Part shown: positions 11,684 through 18,421 of the stretch, piece by piece
Position numbering within the stretch: position 1 is the first letter of the stretch
Layout of the letters: every line of letters begins with the position of its first letter
Origin: an uncultured Methanolobus sp.
GTDB taxonomy: Archaea; Halobacteriota; Methanosarcinia; Methanosarcinales; Methanosarcinaceae
Length of the DNA: 24,000 nucleotides
Direction: 5' to 3' (one strand)
Assembly: GCF_963674485.2 (NCBI RefSeq)
Contig: NZ_CAXXKW010000002.1
Made by a program: the position numbers and the translations under genes
Notes under the pieces: model-generated
What the model saw: only the letters and a program-made list of their open reading frames with translations
Databases searched by the model: none
What the model was told of the DNA's origin: nothing

Positions 11684-12829
11684 ATGAAGAACAAGTATTA
11701 CTTTTACAGGAATCCATTTTTCAAGGTATATGCCCAGATAGAGGATGGCCGGGTAAAAATGAAGACTTCCGGTATCGCGTCCTCTATCATGGGTTCTTAC
11801 GTTTCGGAAATGATGGAGATATTTGAGGATACAAAACCTTCAAAAGTGGAAAAGAACCAGTTGATATATTCCACCTGGATGCCTCCTATACCCAGCAAGG
11901 CATTTGACAGGCTTGTTGCAAGCCAGATGAGTGCGATGAGGGGTAAATTCGTTCCGGAACAGATCACAATTTCAATTACCGAAGAGTGCCCTAACAGGTG
12001 TATACACTGTGCTCTTCCTGATACCAAGAACAAAGCAAGGCTCAGTCCCGATGCTGTGAAAAGTGTCATCGACCAAACCCAGAAGATGGGTACGACCCTC
12101 ATTATATTTGATGGGGGGGAACCTCTGTTATATGATGGCCTTGAGGATCTCATAAGTTATGTCGATAAATCCCGTGCGATTCCGGGTCTTTTCACATCCG
12201 GTGTGGGCATGACTCCGCAACGTGCATTGAGCCTGAAGGACGCGGGTCTCTCCATGCTCAGTGTGAGTCTTGACAGCGCAAATGAAGAAGGTCACGATTA
12301 CATGCGTGGAAGGCCGGGCGTGTTTAACGATGCTGTCAATGCCATAAAGAATGGTCTGGATGCAGGCTTGCTGGTTGGCATTTACGTTGTTCTTTCACCA
12401 AGGAATGTTGATGAGCTTGATGAATTCTATGAGCTTGCAAAGGAACTCGGTGTGCATGAACTTTCTTTCTATGAAATAGTCCCAACCGGAAGATGGCAGG
12501 GTCATGAAAAAGAAGTTCTCTCAGCCGAAGGCCTGAAAAAGTTCGATGATTTCGTAGAACGCAAATCTCATGCTCAAGGCCCACGTGTTTTCCCGATTCC
12601 TCAGATCTTAAGGAAAATGGGGTGTTTTGCAGGCAGAAAATGGCTTCATGTAACTCCTGAAGGCGATGTACTTCCATGTGCATGCATGCCAAAACCATAT
12701 GGTAACATCCATGAGGAAAGCCTGGCTTCCATATGGAAAAAGATATACAAAGATCCTGTTTTCACTTCAGGTCCCTGTCTTATGAGGGATTCTGAATTTA
12801 GGACGGTCCATCTCGGACTGGAAAAATAG
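11684..12829 (+). CDS. Radical SAM protein with a SPASM/twitch-like C-terminal Cys motif
   Basis: 381 aa. It has CPNRCIHC (CxxxCxxC), a GGEPLL SAM-binding motif, and a C-terminal GCFAGRKWLHVTPEGDVLPCACMP. The ATG is 3 nt after the preceding stop. Confidence 0.85.
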   Translation: MKNKYYFYRNPFFKVYAQIEDGRVKMKTSGIASSIMGSYVSEMMEIFEDTKPSKVEKNQLIYSTWMPPIPSKAFDRLVASQMSAMRGKFVPEQITISITEECPNRCIHCALPDTKNKARLSPDAVKSVIDQTQKMGTTLIIFDGGEPLLYDGLEDLISYVDKSRAIPGLFTSGVGMTPQRALSLKDAGLSMLSVSLDSANEEGHDYMRGRPGVFNDAVNAIKNGLDAGLLVGIYVVLSPRNVDELDEFYELAKELGVHELSFYEIVPTGRWQGHEKEVLSAEGLKKFDDFVERKSHAQGPRVFPIPQILRKMGCFAGRKWLHVTPEGDVLPCACMPKPYGNIHEESLASIWKKIYKDPVFTSGPCLMRDSEFRTVHLGLEK

Positions 12830-12845
12830 TGTTGTTCTAAAATAG

Positions 12846-12887
12846 TTTCAACAAAAAACAGTTGAAATGAGGGTGAAGATCACCCTC
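12846..12887. terminator. Two hairpins between convergent genes
   Basis: tttcaac/gttgaaa (12846-12852 / 12861-12867) and gagggtg/caccctc (12869-12875 / 12881-12887), flanked by A/T runs. Confidence 0.4.
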
Positions 12888-12897
12888 TTAATTTTGA

Positions 12898-13806
12898 TTA
12901 TTTCAGGAATCCTGATCTCTGGAGAGCCATCAGGTTCTCCATAGTAAGCTTTCCACCGGACTTGAACTTGTCAAAGATGTCTTCTGCATCCTTGCGTGCG
13001 TCTGCCCTTGCAGCTTCCTTCTTACCGTCGAAATCTCCTTTCTTCATCTTGCGGAGTTCCTTGTCAATGTCACGGATCTCTTTCTGGGCTGCAATGAAGA
13101 GTTTGTGCTGTTCGTCAGCTTTTTCCTGGAATTGAACGAATTCTTTGTGAGCAGCATCAGATTCTGCGCGAATCTTGTCGGCCTCTTTGAAGGTGGTGAT
13201 CATCTTGTCATGATATTCCTGTGCCTTCTGTGCATACTCTGAAAGTGTAGCGTGATGATTTGAAGCTTCGTCCCTGATCTCCTGTGCTTCGTCCAGCAGT
13301 TTCTTGAGTTCTTCATTTCCTTCAAGTTGCTGTTTCTTTACCACATATTGCTTCTGGAGTTCAGTGATCTTGTTGACCAATTCTCTTTCCTTGTTGGTTG
13401 TGAGGACTTCTGTCTGCTGTGCAAACTCAAGTCTGTCGATCTCCTTGCGTATATCTTTGATAGAAGGGCCACCAAGGTTATTCTCATTACGGATCTGGTC
13501 TATCTTGGCAAAAACGTCGTTCGCCTTGTTGTTGATCTCATCACGGAGTACCTTGTATTCCTTAACCTTCTCGTTGTTCTCGTCACGGAGTACCTTGTAT
13601 TCCTGTGCCTCGTTGATAAGATCCTTAGTCTTCTTGTTCAGCTCATTGCGCTTTGATGCAAGTGTGCTTGCCTCAGCATTAAGCTCGTTACGTTTCTCTT
13701 TGTATTCTTCTGACTGGGTCTTAAGCTCAGTCTTCTTGTCGTTAAGTTCTTTTATCATTTCTTTATTATCCTCCCGGTCCAGCAAAAGAGCTGGCATTTC
13801 ATGCAT
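12898..13806 (-). CDS. Archaeal coiled-coil protein (K/E-rich, COG1340-like), function unknown
   Basis: Long heptad-like K/E/Q/L-rich sequence. I place the start at MHEMPALL (ATG 13806 or 13797) because the longer ORF-track start (13872) lies inside serB. It has an internal 42-nt duplication. Confidence 0.7.
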   Translation of the reverse strand: MHEMPALLLDREDNKEMIKELNDKKTELKTQSEEYKEKRNELNAEASTLASKRNELNKKTKDLINEAQEYKVLRDENNEKVKEYKVLRDEINNKANDVFAKIDQIRNENNLGGPSIKDIRKEIDRLEFAQQTEVLTTNKERELVNKITELQKQYVVKKQQLEGNEELKKLLDEAQEIRDEASNHHATLSEYAQKAQEYHDKMITTFKEADKIRAESDAAHKEFVQFQEKADEQHKLFIAAQKEIRDIDKELRKMKKGDFDGKKEAARADARKDAEDIFDKFKSGGKLTMENLMALQRSGFLK

Positions 13807-14497
13807 CTCTAATGCACGATACTTGGCCTTTTTCCGATTCCAACAACTGGATAACCGGTATAACTGCTTCAAGGTTCTTTTCTGTTATGACAATATCAGC
13901 ATGCTCATGGAGAATCGGTTTGGAATTGAATGCTATGGCATATCTTGCCCTTTTAAAAATACATATGTCATTGGCACCGTCACCAACCACAATACATTCT
14001 TCAGGTTCTAATCCATATTTTCGGGATATTTCTTCAAGAACATGTTCTTTAGAACACTGTCCTGTAAGAGGGCCCTTTACCTCTCCTGTCAGACATCCGT
14101 TGTCTACCAGTAGTTCATTTGAAACCACATGATCCATTCCAAGTGTTTCACCAACACGCTCTGCAGCTATGGTAAATCCACCGGAGATCATTGCGGTTTT
14201 ATAACCTCGGGATTTCAGGTATTTGACAAGTTCTTTCGCACCGGGCATAAAAGGCATTTTGTCAAGCGCAACATGGGCATCATCGAGTGTAAGTCCTTTT
14301 AGCAGTCTCACCCTCTCAACAAGTGCATTCGAAAAATCAAGTTCTCCACGCATTGCTTTTTCTGTAATAGAGGCGACTTCGTCTCCCACTCCGGCGGCAT
14401 GTGCAAGCTCGTCAATGGTTTCAGCATCAATAAGGGTGCTATCCATATCAAAAACTACTAACTTTATCCTATCAGAATTATTGCTGGTACGACTCAC
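13799..14497 (-). CDS. serB: Phosphoserine phosphatase (HAD superfamily)
   Basis: 232 aa. HAD motifs are FDMDSTLI (I), MISGGF (II) and GDGANDI (III). SerB-type cap region is ITEKAMRGELDFSNAL. Confidence 0.88.
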   Translation of the reverse strand: MSRTSNNSDRIKLVVFDMDSTLIDAETIDELAHAAGVGDEVASITEKAMRGELDFSNALVERVRLLKGLTLDDAHVALDKMPFMPGAKELVKYLKSRGYKTAMISGGFTIAAERVGETLGMDHVVSNELLVDNGCLTGEVKGPLTGQCSKEHVLEEISRKYGLEPEECIVVGDGANDICIFKRARYAIAFNSKPILHEHADIVITEKNLEAVIPVIQLLESEKGQVSCIRDA

Positions 14498-14680
14498 TTC
14501 ATCAAACCTGGAATTTCAATCCCGCATTGAAACAGTATTTAAGTGCCGAGATTGATTTGAAATACGCTACATTGCTTTTAAGGCTTTCGGATAGAATGCA
14601 GTGTTCATATCAGTTCTATTTTTTTGTGCGAGCATGCTATAAAATGCGATATGATGGAGGGTTCTTTATAATGTCAATAA

Positions 14681-14688
14681 TTATATAA
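14681..14688 (+). promoter_or_regulatory. Candidate TATA box for the stressosome-like operon
   Basis: ttatataa lies ~45 nt upstream of ATG 14732. A Shine-Dalgarno-like gaggt is at 14719-14723, 8 nt before the ATG. Confidence 0.3.
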
Positions 14689-14731
14689 TAATGAAATGTA
14701 TATTTACTATGGATTTTAGAGGTATTATATT

Positions 14732-15526
14732 ATGTCAAAAAATGAAACTCTTTCTGTAACGGATAATTTTTCTAATAAAAATATACTTGATCAACTTCCA
14801 TGTATGGTGATGGCAGTTGATCGAGATTTCAATATCCTTTCCCTTAATGCTGTTGGATCTAGGTGGCTTGGGGAGGATTTTGAGAACATTGAAGGTAAGA
14901 AATGTTATGACCTGGTGCGTTCCCCTCATTGTAATACCAACAATTGCCGTGTCAAACAAGCCATGGAAAACGGCAAGGTATATGTCTGGAGAAATGAGAT
15001 CACAGCTGCTGGCAAAACCTTCCCTGTGGAGTATACTGCGGCTCCATTGAAGGATAAAGAAGGTAACATTATAGGTGGAGTTGAATATGTCATTGACATA
15101 AGCGACAGGGTAAAGATCGAAGCAGAGGTCCGGGCTCACAGCCGTACTATAATGGAACTTTCAACACCTGTTATAAAACTCTGGGATGGCATCGTGATCC
15201 TTCCTCTTGTAGGGGTGATCGATACAATGCGTGCCCAGCAGATCATTGAGAACCTATTATCTTCCATTGTTGAAAATGAGGCAGCTGTGGCAATACTTGA
15301 CGTGACCGGTGTTCCAATGATTGACACAAGCGTTGCACAGCATATCCTGAAGACTGTAAGTGCCGGCAAAATGCTTGGTGCGGAAGTTATTATTACAGGT
15401 TTCAGTCCAAATGTTGCCCAGACAATTGTGACTCTGGGAGTTGACATGAGTGGTATAATTACTACCGGTTCATTGCGTGACGGTGTCTCAAAGGCTTTTG
15501 CTCTTGTAGGCAAAAAACTGGTATGA
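14732..15526 (+). CDS. rsbR: RsbR-like stressosome sensor: N-terminal Cys-rich PAS domain plus C-terminal STAS domain
   Basis: 264 aa. Residues ~15-125 have the PAS pattern (LPCMVMAVDRDFNILSLNAVG...GGVEYVIDISDR). Residues ~140-260 are an RsbR-type STAS domain (ELSTPVIKLWDGIVILPLVG, LDVTGVPMIDTSVAQHI, ITGFSPNVAQTIVTLGV). Thr199 and Thr231 sit at the expected phospho-acceptor positions. Confidence 0.85.
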   Translation: MSKNETLSVTDNFSNKNILDQLPCMVMAVDRDFNILSLNAVGSRWLGEDFENIEGKKCYDLVRSPHCNTNNCRVKQAMENGKVYVWRNEITAAGKTFPVEYTAAPLKDKEGNIIGGVEYVIDISDRVKIEAEVRAHSRTIMELSTPVIKLWDGIVILPLVGVIDTMRAQQIIENLLSSIVENEAAVAILDVTGVPMIDTSVAQHILKTVSAGKMLGAEVIITGFSPNVAQTIVTLGVDMSGIITTGSLRDGVSKAFALVGKKLV

Positions 15527-15542
15527 ACTCAAAGGTGATCCT

Positions 15543-15908
15543 ATGGAAATACCAATGCTCAAACTGAAAAATATTCTGCTCACTTCTATACAGAGTGATA
15601 TGACGGACGATGATGCTCTGAAATATCAATCGGATGTTGTTTCAACCCTGGAAAAAAGTAGTTTAAAAGGTCTCATCATTGACATAACAGCAATGGATAT
15701 TGTGGATACTTTCATGGCCCGTGTAATCAACGAGACGGCAAGAATGGCACGCCTTATGGGTACCCGGGTTGTTCTGTGTGGTATGCAGCCAATGGTTGCA
15801 CTGACACTGGTTGAAATGGGGAGGGAATTAATTGGCGTTGACACTGCCCTTAATCTTGACAAAGGCTTTGACAAGCTTCTTGAAATGATTGAAGAAGGAG
15901 TTGAGTAA
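15543..15908 (+). CDS. rsbS: RsbS-like single-STAS stressosome scaffold protein
   Basis: 121 aa. IPMLKLKNILLTSIQ...IIDITAMDIVDTFMARV...VVLCGMQPMVALTLVEMG follows the RsbS pattern. Thr56 (VDTF) occupies the position of the RsbS phospho-serine. Confidence 0.85.
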   Translation: MEIPMLKLKNILLTSIQSDMTDDDALKYQSDVVSTLEKSSLKGLIIDITAMDIVDTFMARVINETARMARLMGTRVVLCGMQPMVALTLVEMGRELIGVDTALNLDKGFDKLLEMIEEGVE

Positions 15909-16311
15909 CATAGGCGAGAAAAGCATAGATCTCAAAATTGAAGATGATATTCTCATAGCCAGGCAGGTTGCCAGAAAAGAAATGGCAGAAATTGGCTTTG
16001 GTTCTGCAGACCAGACTCGCATGGCTACTGCAATCTCTGAGCTGACGCGCAATGTGATCAAATATGCAGGGGAAGGTGTATGCCACATAATTACGGAAGT
16101 TTCATCGGCAGAAATTAAGGTGAAAGTAGAGATCGAAGACTATGGTCCGGGGATTGCCGATCTGAATAAGGCCATGGAAGACGGATATACAACAGGTGGA
16201 GGTTTGGGTGCAGGTCTTCCCGGTGCAAAGAGACTTGTTAATGATTTTTCCATAGAATCACGTCCTGGATTAACAAAAATAAATTTAGAGATGTGTCGTC
16301 CTAATGTCTGA
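15889..16311 (+). CDS. rsbT: RsbT-like GHKL serine/threonine protein kinase (switch kinase)
   Basis: 140 aa. Signatures are ISELTRNVIKYAGEG (N-box), DYGPGI (G1) and DGYTTGGGLGAGLPGAKRLVNDF (G2 / RsbT signature). The start is TTG at 15889 (alternative TTG at 15901) and overlaps the rsbS end. Confidence 0.85.
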   Translation: MKKELSNIGEKSIDLKIEDDILIARQVARKEMAEIGFGSADQTRMATAISELTRNVIKYAGEGVCHIITEVSSAEIKVKVEIEDYGPGIADLNKAMEDGYTTGGGLGAGLPGAKRLVNDFSIESRPGLTKINLEMCRPNV

Positions 16312-16747
16312 AATTCTTGAATATACGTCTCCTGAAGATGGACTGAAGTTGATGGTAGAGGTAACGAATTTGTCCCATGTTGCAAATGTTCAGACCACTG
16401 TTCGCTCAATTGCAAAGAAACTAGGATTCTCAGAACTTGCTTCACATAAAGCCGCGACTTCTGCATCAGAGCTTGCTTCTAATCTGGTACATCATGCCAA
16501 TAACGGTGGCTCCATAATTATCAGGGAAATCAGGAAAAGCGGATACGTAGGAATTGAGATAGTATCTGATGATTCGGGTCCGGGTATAAAGGATGTAGAT
16601 CTGGCTTTGCAGGATGGGTATTCCACAGGTAACGGCCTTGGTTCTGGGCTGCCTGCAGTTAAAAGGATTATGGACGAATTAGAAATTACAGTAACAGGCG
16701 ATTCAAAGACCTGTATTAAAACCCGGTTGTGGTATTTATGCGAGTAG
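16304..16747 (+). CDS. Second RsbT/RsbW-like GHKL serine kinase paralog
   Basis: 147 aa. Signatures are ASELASNLVHHANNG, DDSGPGI and DGYSTGNGLGSGLPAVKRIMDEL. The ATG overlaps the upstream stop (ATGTCTGA, 8 nt). Confidence 0.8.
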   Translation: MSEILEYTSPEDGLKLMVEVTNLSHVANVQTTVRSIAKKLGFSELASHKAATSASELASNLVHHANNGGSIIIREIRKSGYVGIEIVSDDSGPGIKDVDLALQDGYSTGNGLGSGLPAVKRIMDELEITVTGDSKTCIKTRLWYLCE

Positions 16748-17310
16748 CAACAGAATCACGTTCTTTTAATGGTGATGTACATTGCGGGGATCAGTGTGAC
16801 TGGTGGCTTGAAGATGATACATTGACCCTTTGTATGATTGATGGGCTCGGCCATGGCAAACCTGCCGAAGAAGCAGCAAAAGCTGCTATTGATTATGTTT
16901 CCTGTCATCTGCAGGAGTCTCTTGGCACATTGTTCTCAGGATGTGACAAAGCTATAAGGCAAACAAGAGGTGTAGCCATGAGCATCGCCAGAATCGATCA
17001 GAATGAAGGCAGTCTCGAGTATGGGGGTATTGGGAATACTCGCACAATGATATGTGGTGAAAAATCATCTAATCTTCCTTCCAGCTGGGGAATTGTTGGG
17101 GGTGGATTCAGACATTTGCATATTGAGAGGGCAAACATTTCTCAGGATGACCTTCTGATAATGTGGACTGATGGAATTCCTGAAAACATCACGATTTCGT
17201 CGTATGATTCCTACATGCTACAGGATGAACAACAGCTGGCAAAAAAAATACTGGATGATCATGGGCGTATGACTGATGATGCAACCATATTGGTGTATTT
17301 GAAGGGGTGA
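16738..17310 (+). CDS. rsbX: RsbX-like PP2C/SpoIIE-family serine phosphatase
   Basis: PP2C metal-binding contexts are present: GDVHCGDQC, MIDGLGHG, MWTDGI and TDDATILV. The size (~190 aa) fits RsbX. I prefer ATG 16738, which overlaps the upstream stop by 10 nt, over the GTG at 16729. Confidence 0.85.
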   Translation: MRVATESRSFNGDVHCGDQCDWWLEDDTLTLCMIDGLGHGKPAEEAAKAAIDYVSCHLQESLGTLFSGCDKAIRQTRGVAMSIARIDQNEGSLEYGGIGNTRTMICGEKSSNLPSSWGIVGGGFRHLHIERANISQDDLLIMWTDGIPENITISSYDSYMLQDEQQLAKKILDDHGRMTDDATILVYLKG

Positions 17311-17394
17311 TGCATTATTACAGAAACAGATTTTAAAGAAAGGTATTATCAGATTCTGAAAGGTTACGTTACTACCCGTGAAGAGAAATACCTG

Positions 17395-18333
17395 ATGAGG
17401 TCTGAAGACCTGGGCTATGAGCTTGTCAGGTTTAATGTCCCTCCTGAAGATATTGTTGAACTACATGAGGTGGCGATTTCCAGGCTGGCTACTGACCTCC
17501 CTGCCAAAAGTATGATGGAATCTGTAGGCTTCCTTTCCACACCACTTGTAGAACTCATGATGGCATATGGTCTTGCGTTCAGGCAATGGATAGAGGATCT
17601 GGAAAAAAGCAAACAAGAACTCATTATGTATGCTCAGGAGTTACAACATTCCAATGAGCTGAAAGAGCTTTTTGCCGACATTATGCGCCATGATCTCCTG
17701 AATCCTGCTTCTCTGGTCAGCGGCTTTGTTTCTATTTTGCTTGAATGGGAGGAAGATGAAAAGAAAAAGTCCCTGCTTACAAATATAGACAAGAGCAACC
17801 GAAATCTTGTATACATTATAGAGAAAGCAGCAGAATTTGCCAAACTGGATTCTGTGGAAGAGCTGGACTTTTCTACCCATGACCTTGATTTAATTCTGCG
17901 GGATATTGTAGATACTTTCATGCCCAAGTTCGACGAAAATGAAATAACAGTGGGCATGAGTACTGACGGATCACACCTGGCATTGGTAAATCCTCTAATT
18001 GAGCAGGTTTTCATTAACCTCATTTCCAATGCCATAAAATATGGTCCAAAAGGTGGTCATGTGGAGATATTCATGTCGGATGCCGGGGATGAATGGCAGG
18101 TTAATGTGAAAGACAATGGCAGTGGCATACCTGAACAGGATAGGGAAATGATCTTCACCCGTTTCTCACGATTGGACAAGGTTAACAAAGGCAGTATCAA
18201 AGGTACAGGTCTTGGTCTTGCAATTGTGCACAAGATAGTTACTCTTCATAATGGTAGTGTTGGCGTGGATAGTAATTATCCTGAAACCGGTAGTACTTTC
18301 TGGGTCCGGTTTAATAAGGCCCCGACAATTTAG
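17395..18333 (+). CDS. Sensor histidine kinase with an N-terminal RsbU-N-like (RsbT-docking) domain; the true start is probably upstream of the first ATG
   Basis: H-box is FADIMRHDLLNP, N-box LISNAIKYGPKGG, G1 VKDNGSGIP, G2 GTGLGLAIV. The N-terminal ~85 aa (…VPPEDIVELHEVAISRL…MMAYGLAFRQ) resembles the RsbU N-terminal helical domain. That similarity continues into 17311-17394, upstream of the first ATG. Confidence 0.85.
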   Translation: MRSEDLGYELVRFNVPPEDIVELHEVAISRLATDLPAKSMMESVGFLSTPLVELMMAYGLAFRQWIEDLEKSKQELIMYAQELQHSNELKELFADIMRHDLLNPASLVSGFVSILLEWEEDEKKKSLLTNIDKSNRNLVYIIEKAAEFAKLDSVEELDFSTHDLDLILRDIVDTFMPKFDENEITVGMSTDGSHLALVNPLIEQVFINLISNAIKYGPKGGHVEIFMSDAGDEWQVNVKDNGSGIPEQDREMIFTRFSRLDKVNKGSIKGTGLGLAIVHKIVTLHNGSVGVDSNYPETGSTFWVRFNKAPTI

Positions 18334-18410
18334 CCATATTTTCTCATTTATTCCACGTTTTTCTTTTATAATGTATCTATCCTGATTGTGCAATGGAAGT
18401 GTTATTCCAA

Positions 18411-18421
18411 AAATAATATAT
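18411..18421 (+). promoter_or_regulatory. Candidate TATA box for mtd
   Basis: aaataatatat lies ~35-45 nt upstream of ATG 18455. It sits between the arms of a 9-bp inverted repeat. Confidence 0.35.

Noticed and set aside
10065-11694. Multiple 60-130 aa minus-strand ORFs overlapping the UbiA and GGR-like genes
   Set aside because: They are shadow ORFs opposite strongly supported coding frames and have no recognisable domains.
13807-13872. Longer N-terminus (MKQLYRLSSCWNRKKAKYRALE) for the coiled-coil protein
   Set aside because: This stretch lies wholly inside the serB coding region in another frame and does not resemble the rest of the protein. The ATGs at 13806 and 13797, at the serB stop, are better starts.
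13304-14011. 235-aa Ser/Leu-rich plus-strand ORF (and 13327-13656)
   Set aside because: It is the antisense mirror of the K/E-rich coiled-coil gene, since AAG/GAA codons read as CTT/TTC on the other strand. It also spans the serB junction. It is a compositional artefact.
17308-17310. In-frame TGA between rsbX and the histidine kinase read as selenocysteine
   Set aside because: Selenoproteins in methanogens are known from Methanococcales and Methanopyrus, not Methanosarcinales-type organisms. I see no obvious SECIS-like hairpin nearby. A Sec at a domain linker would also have no catalytic rationale. An indel or start-codon problem is more parsimonious.
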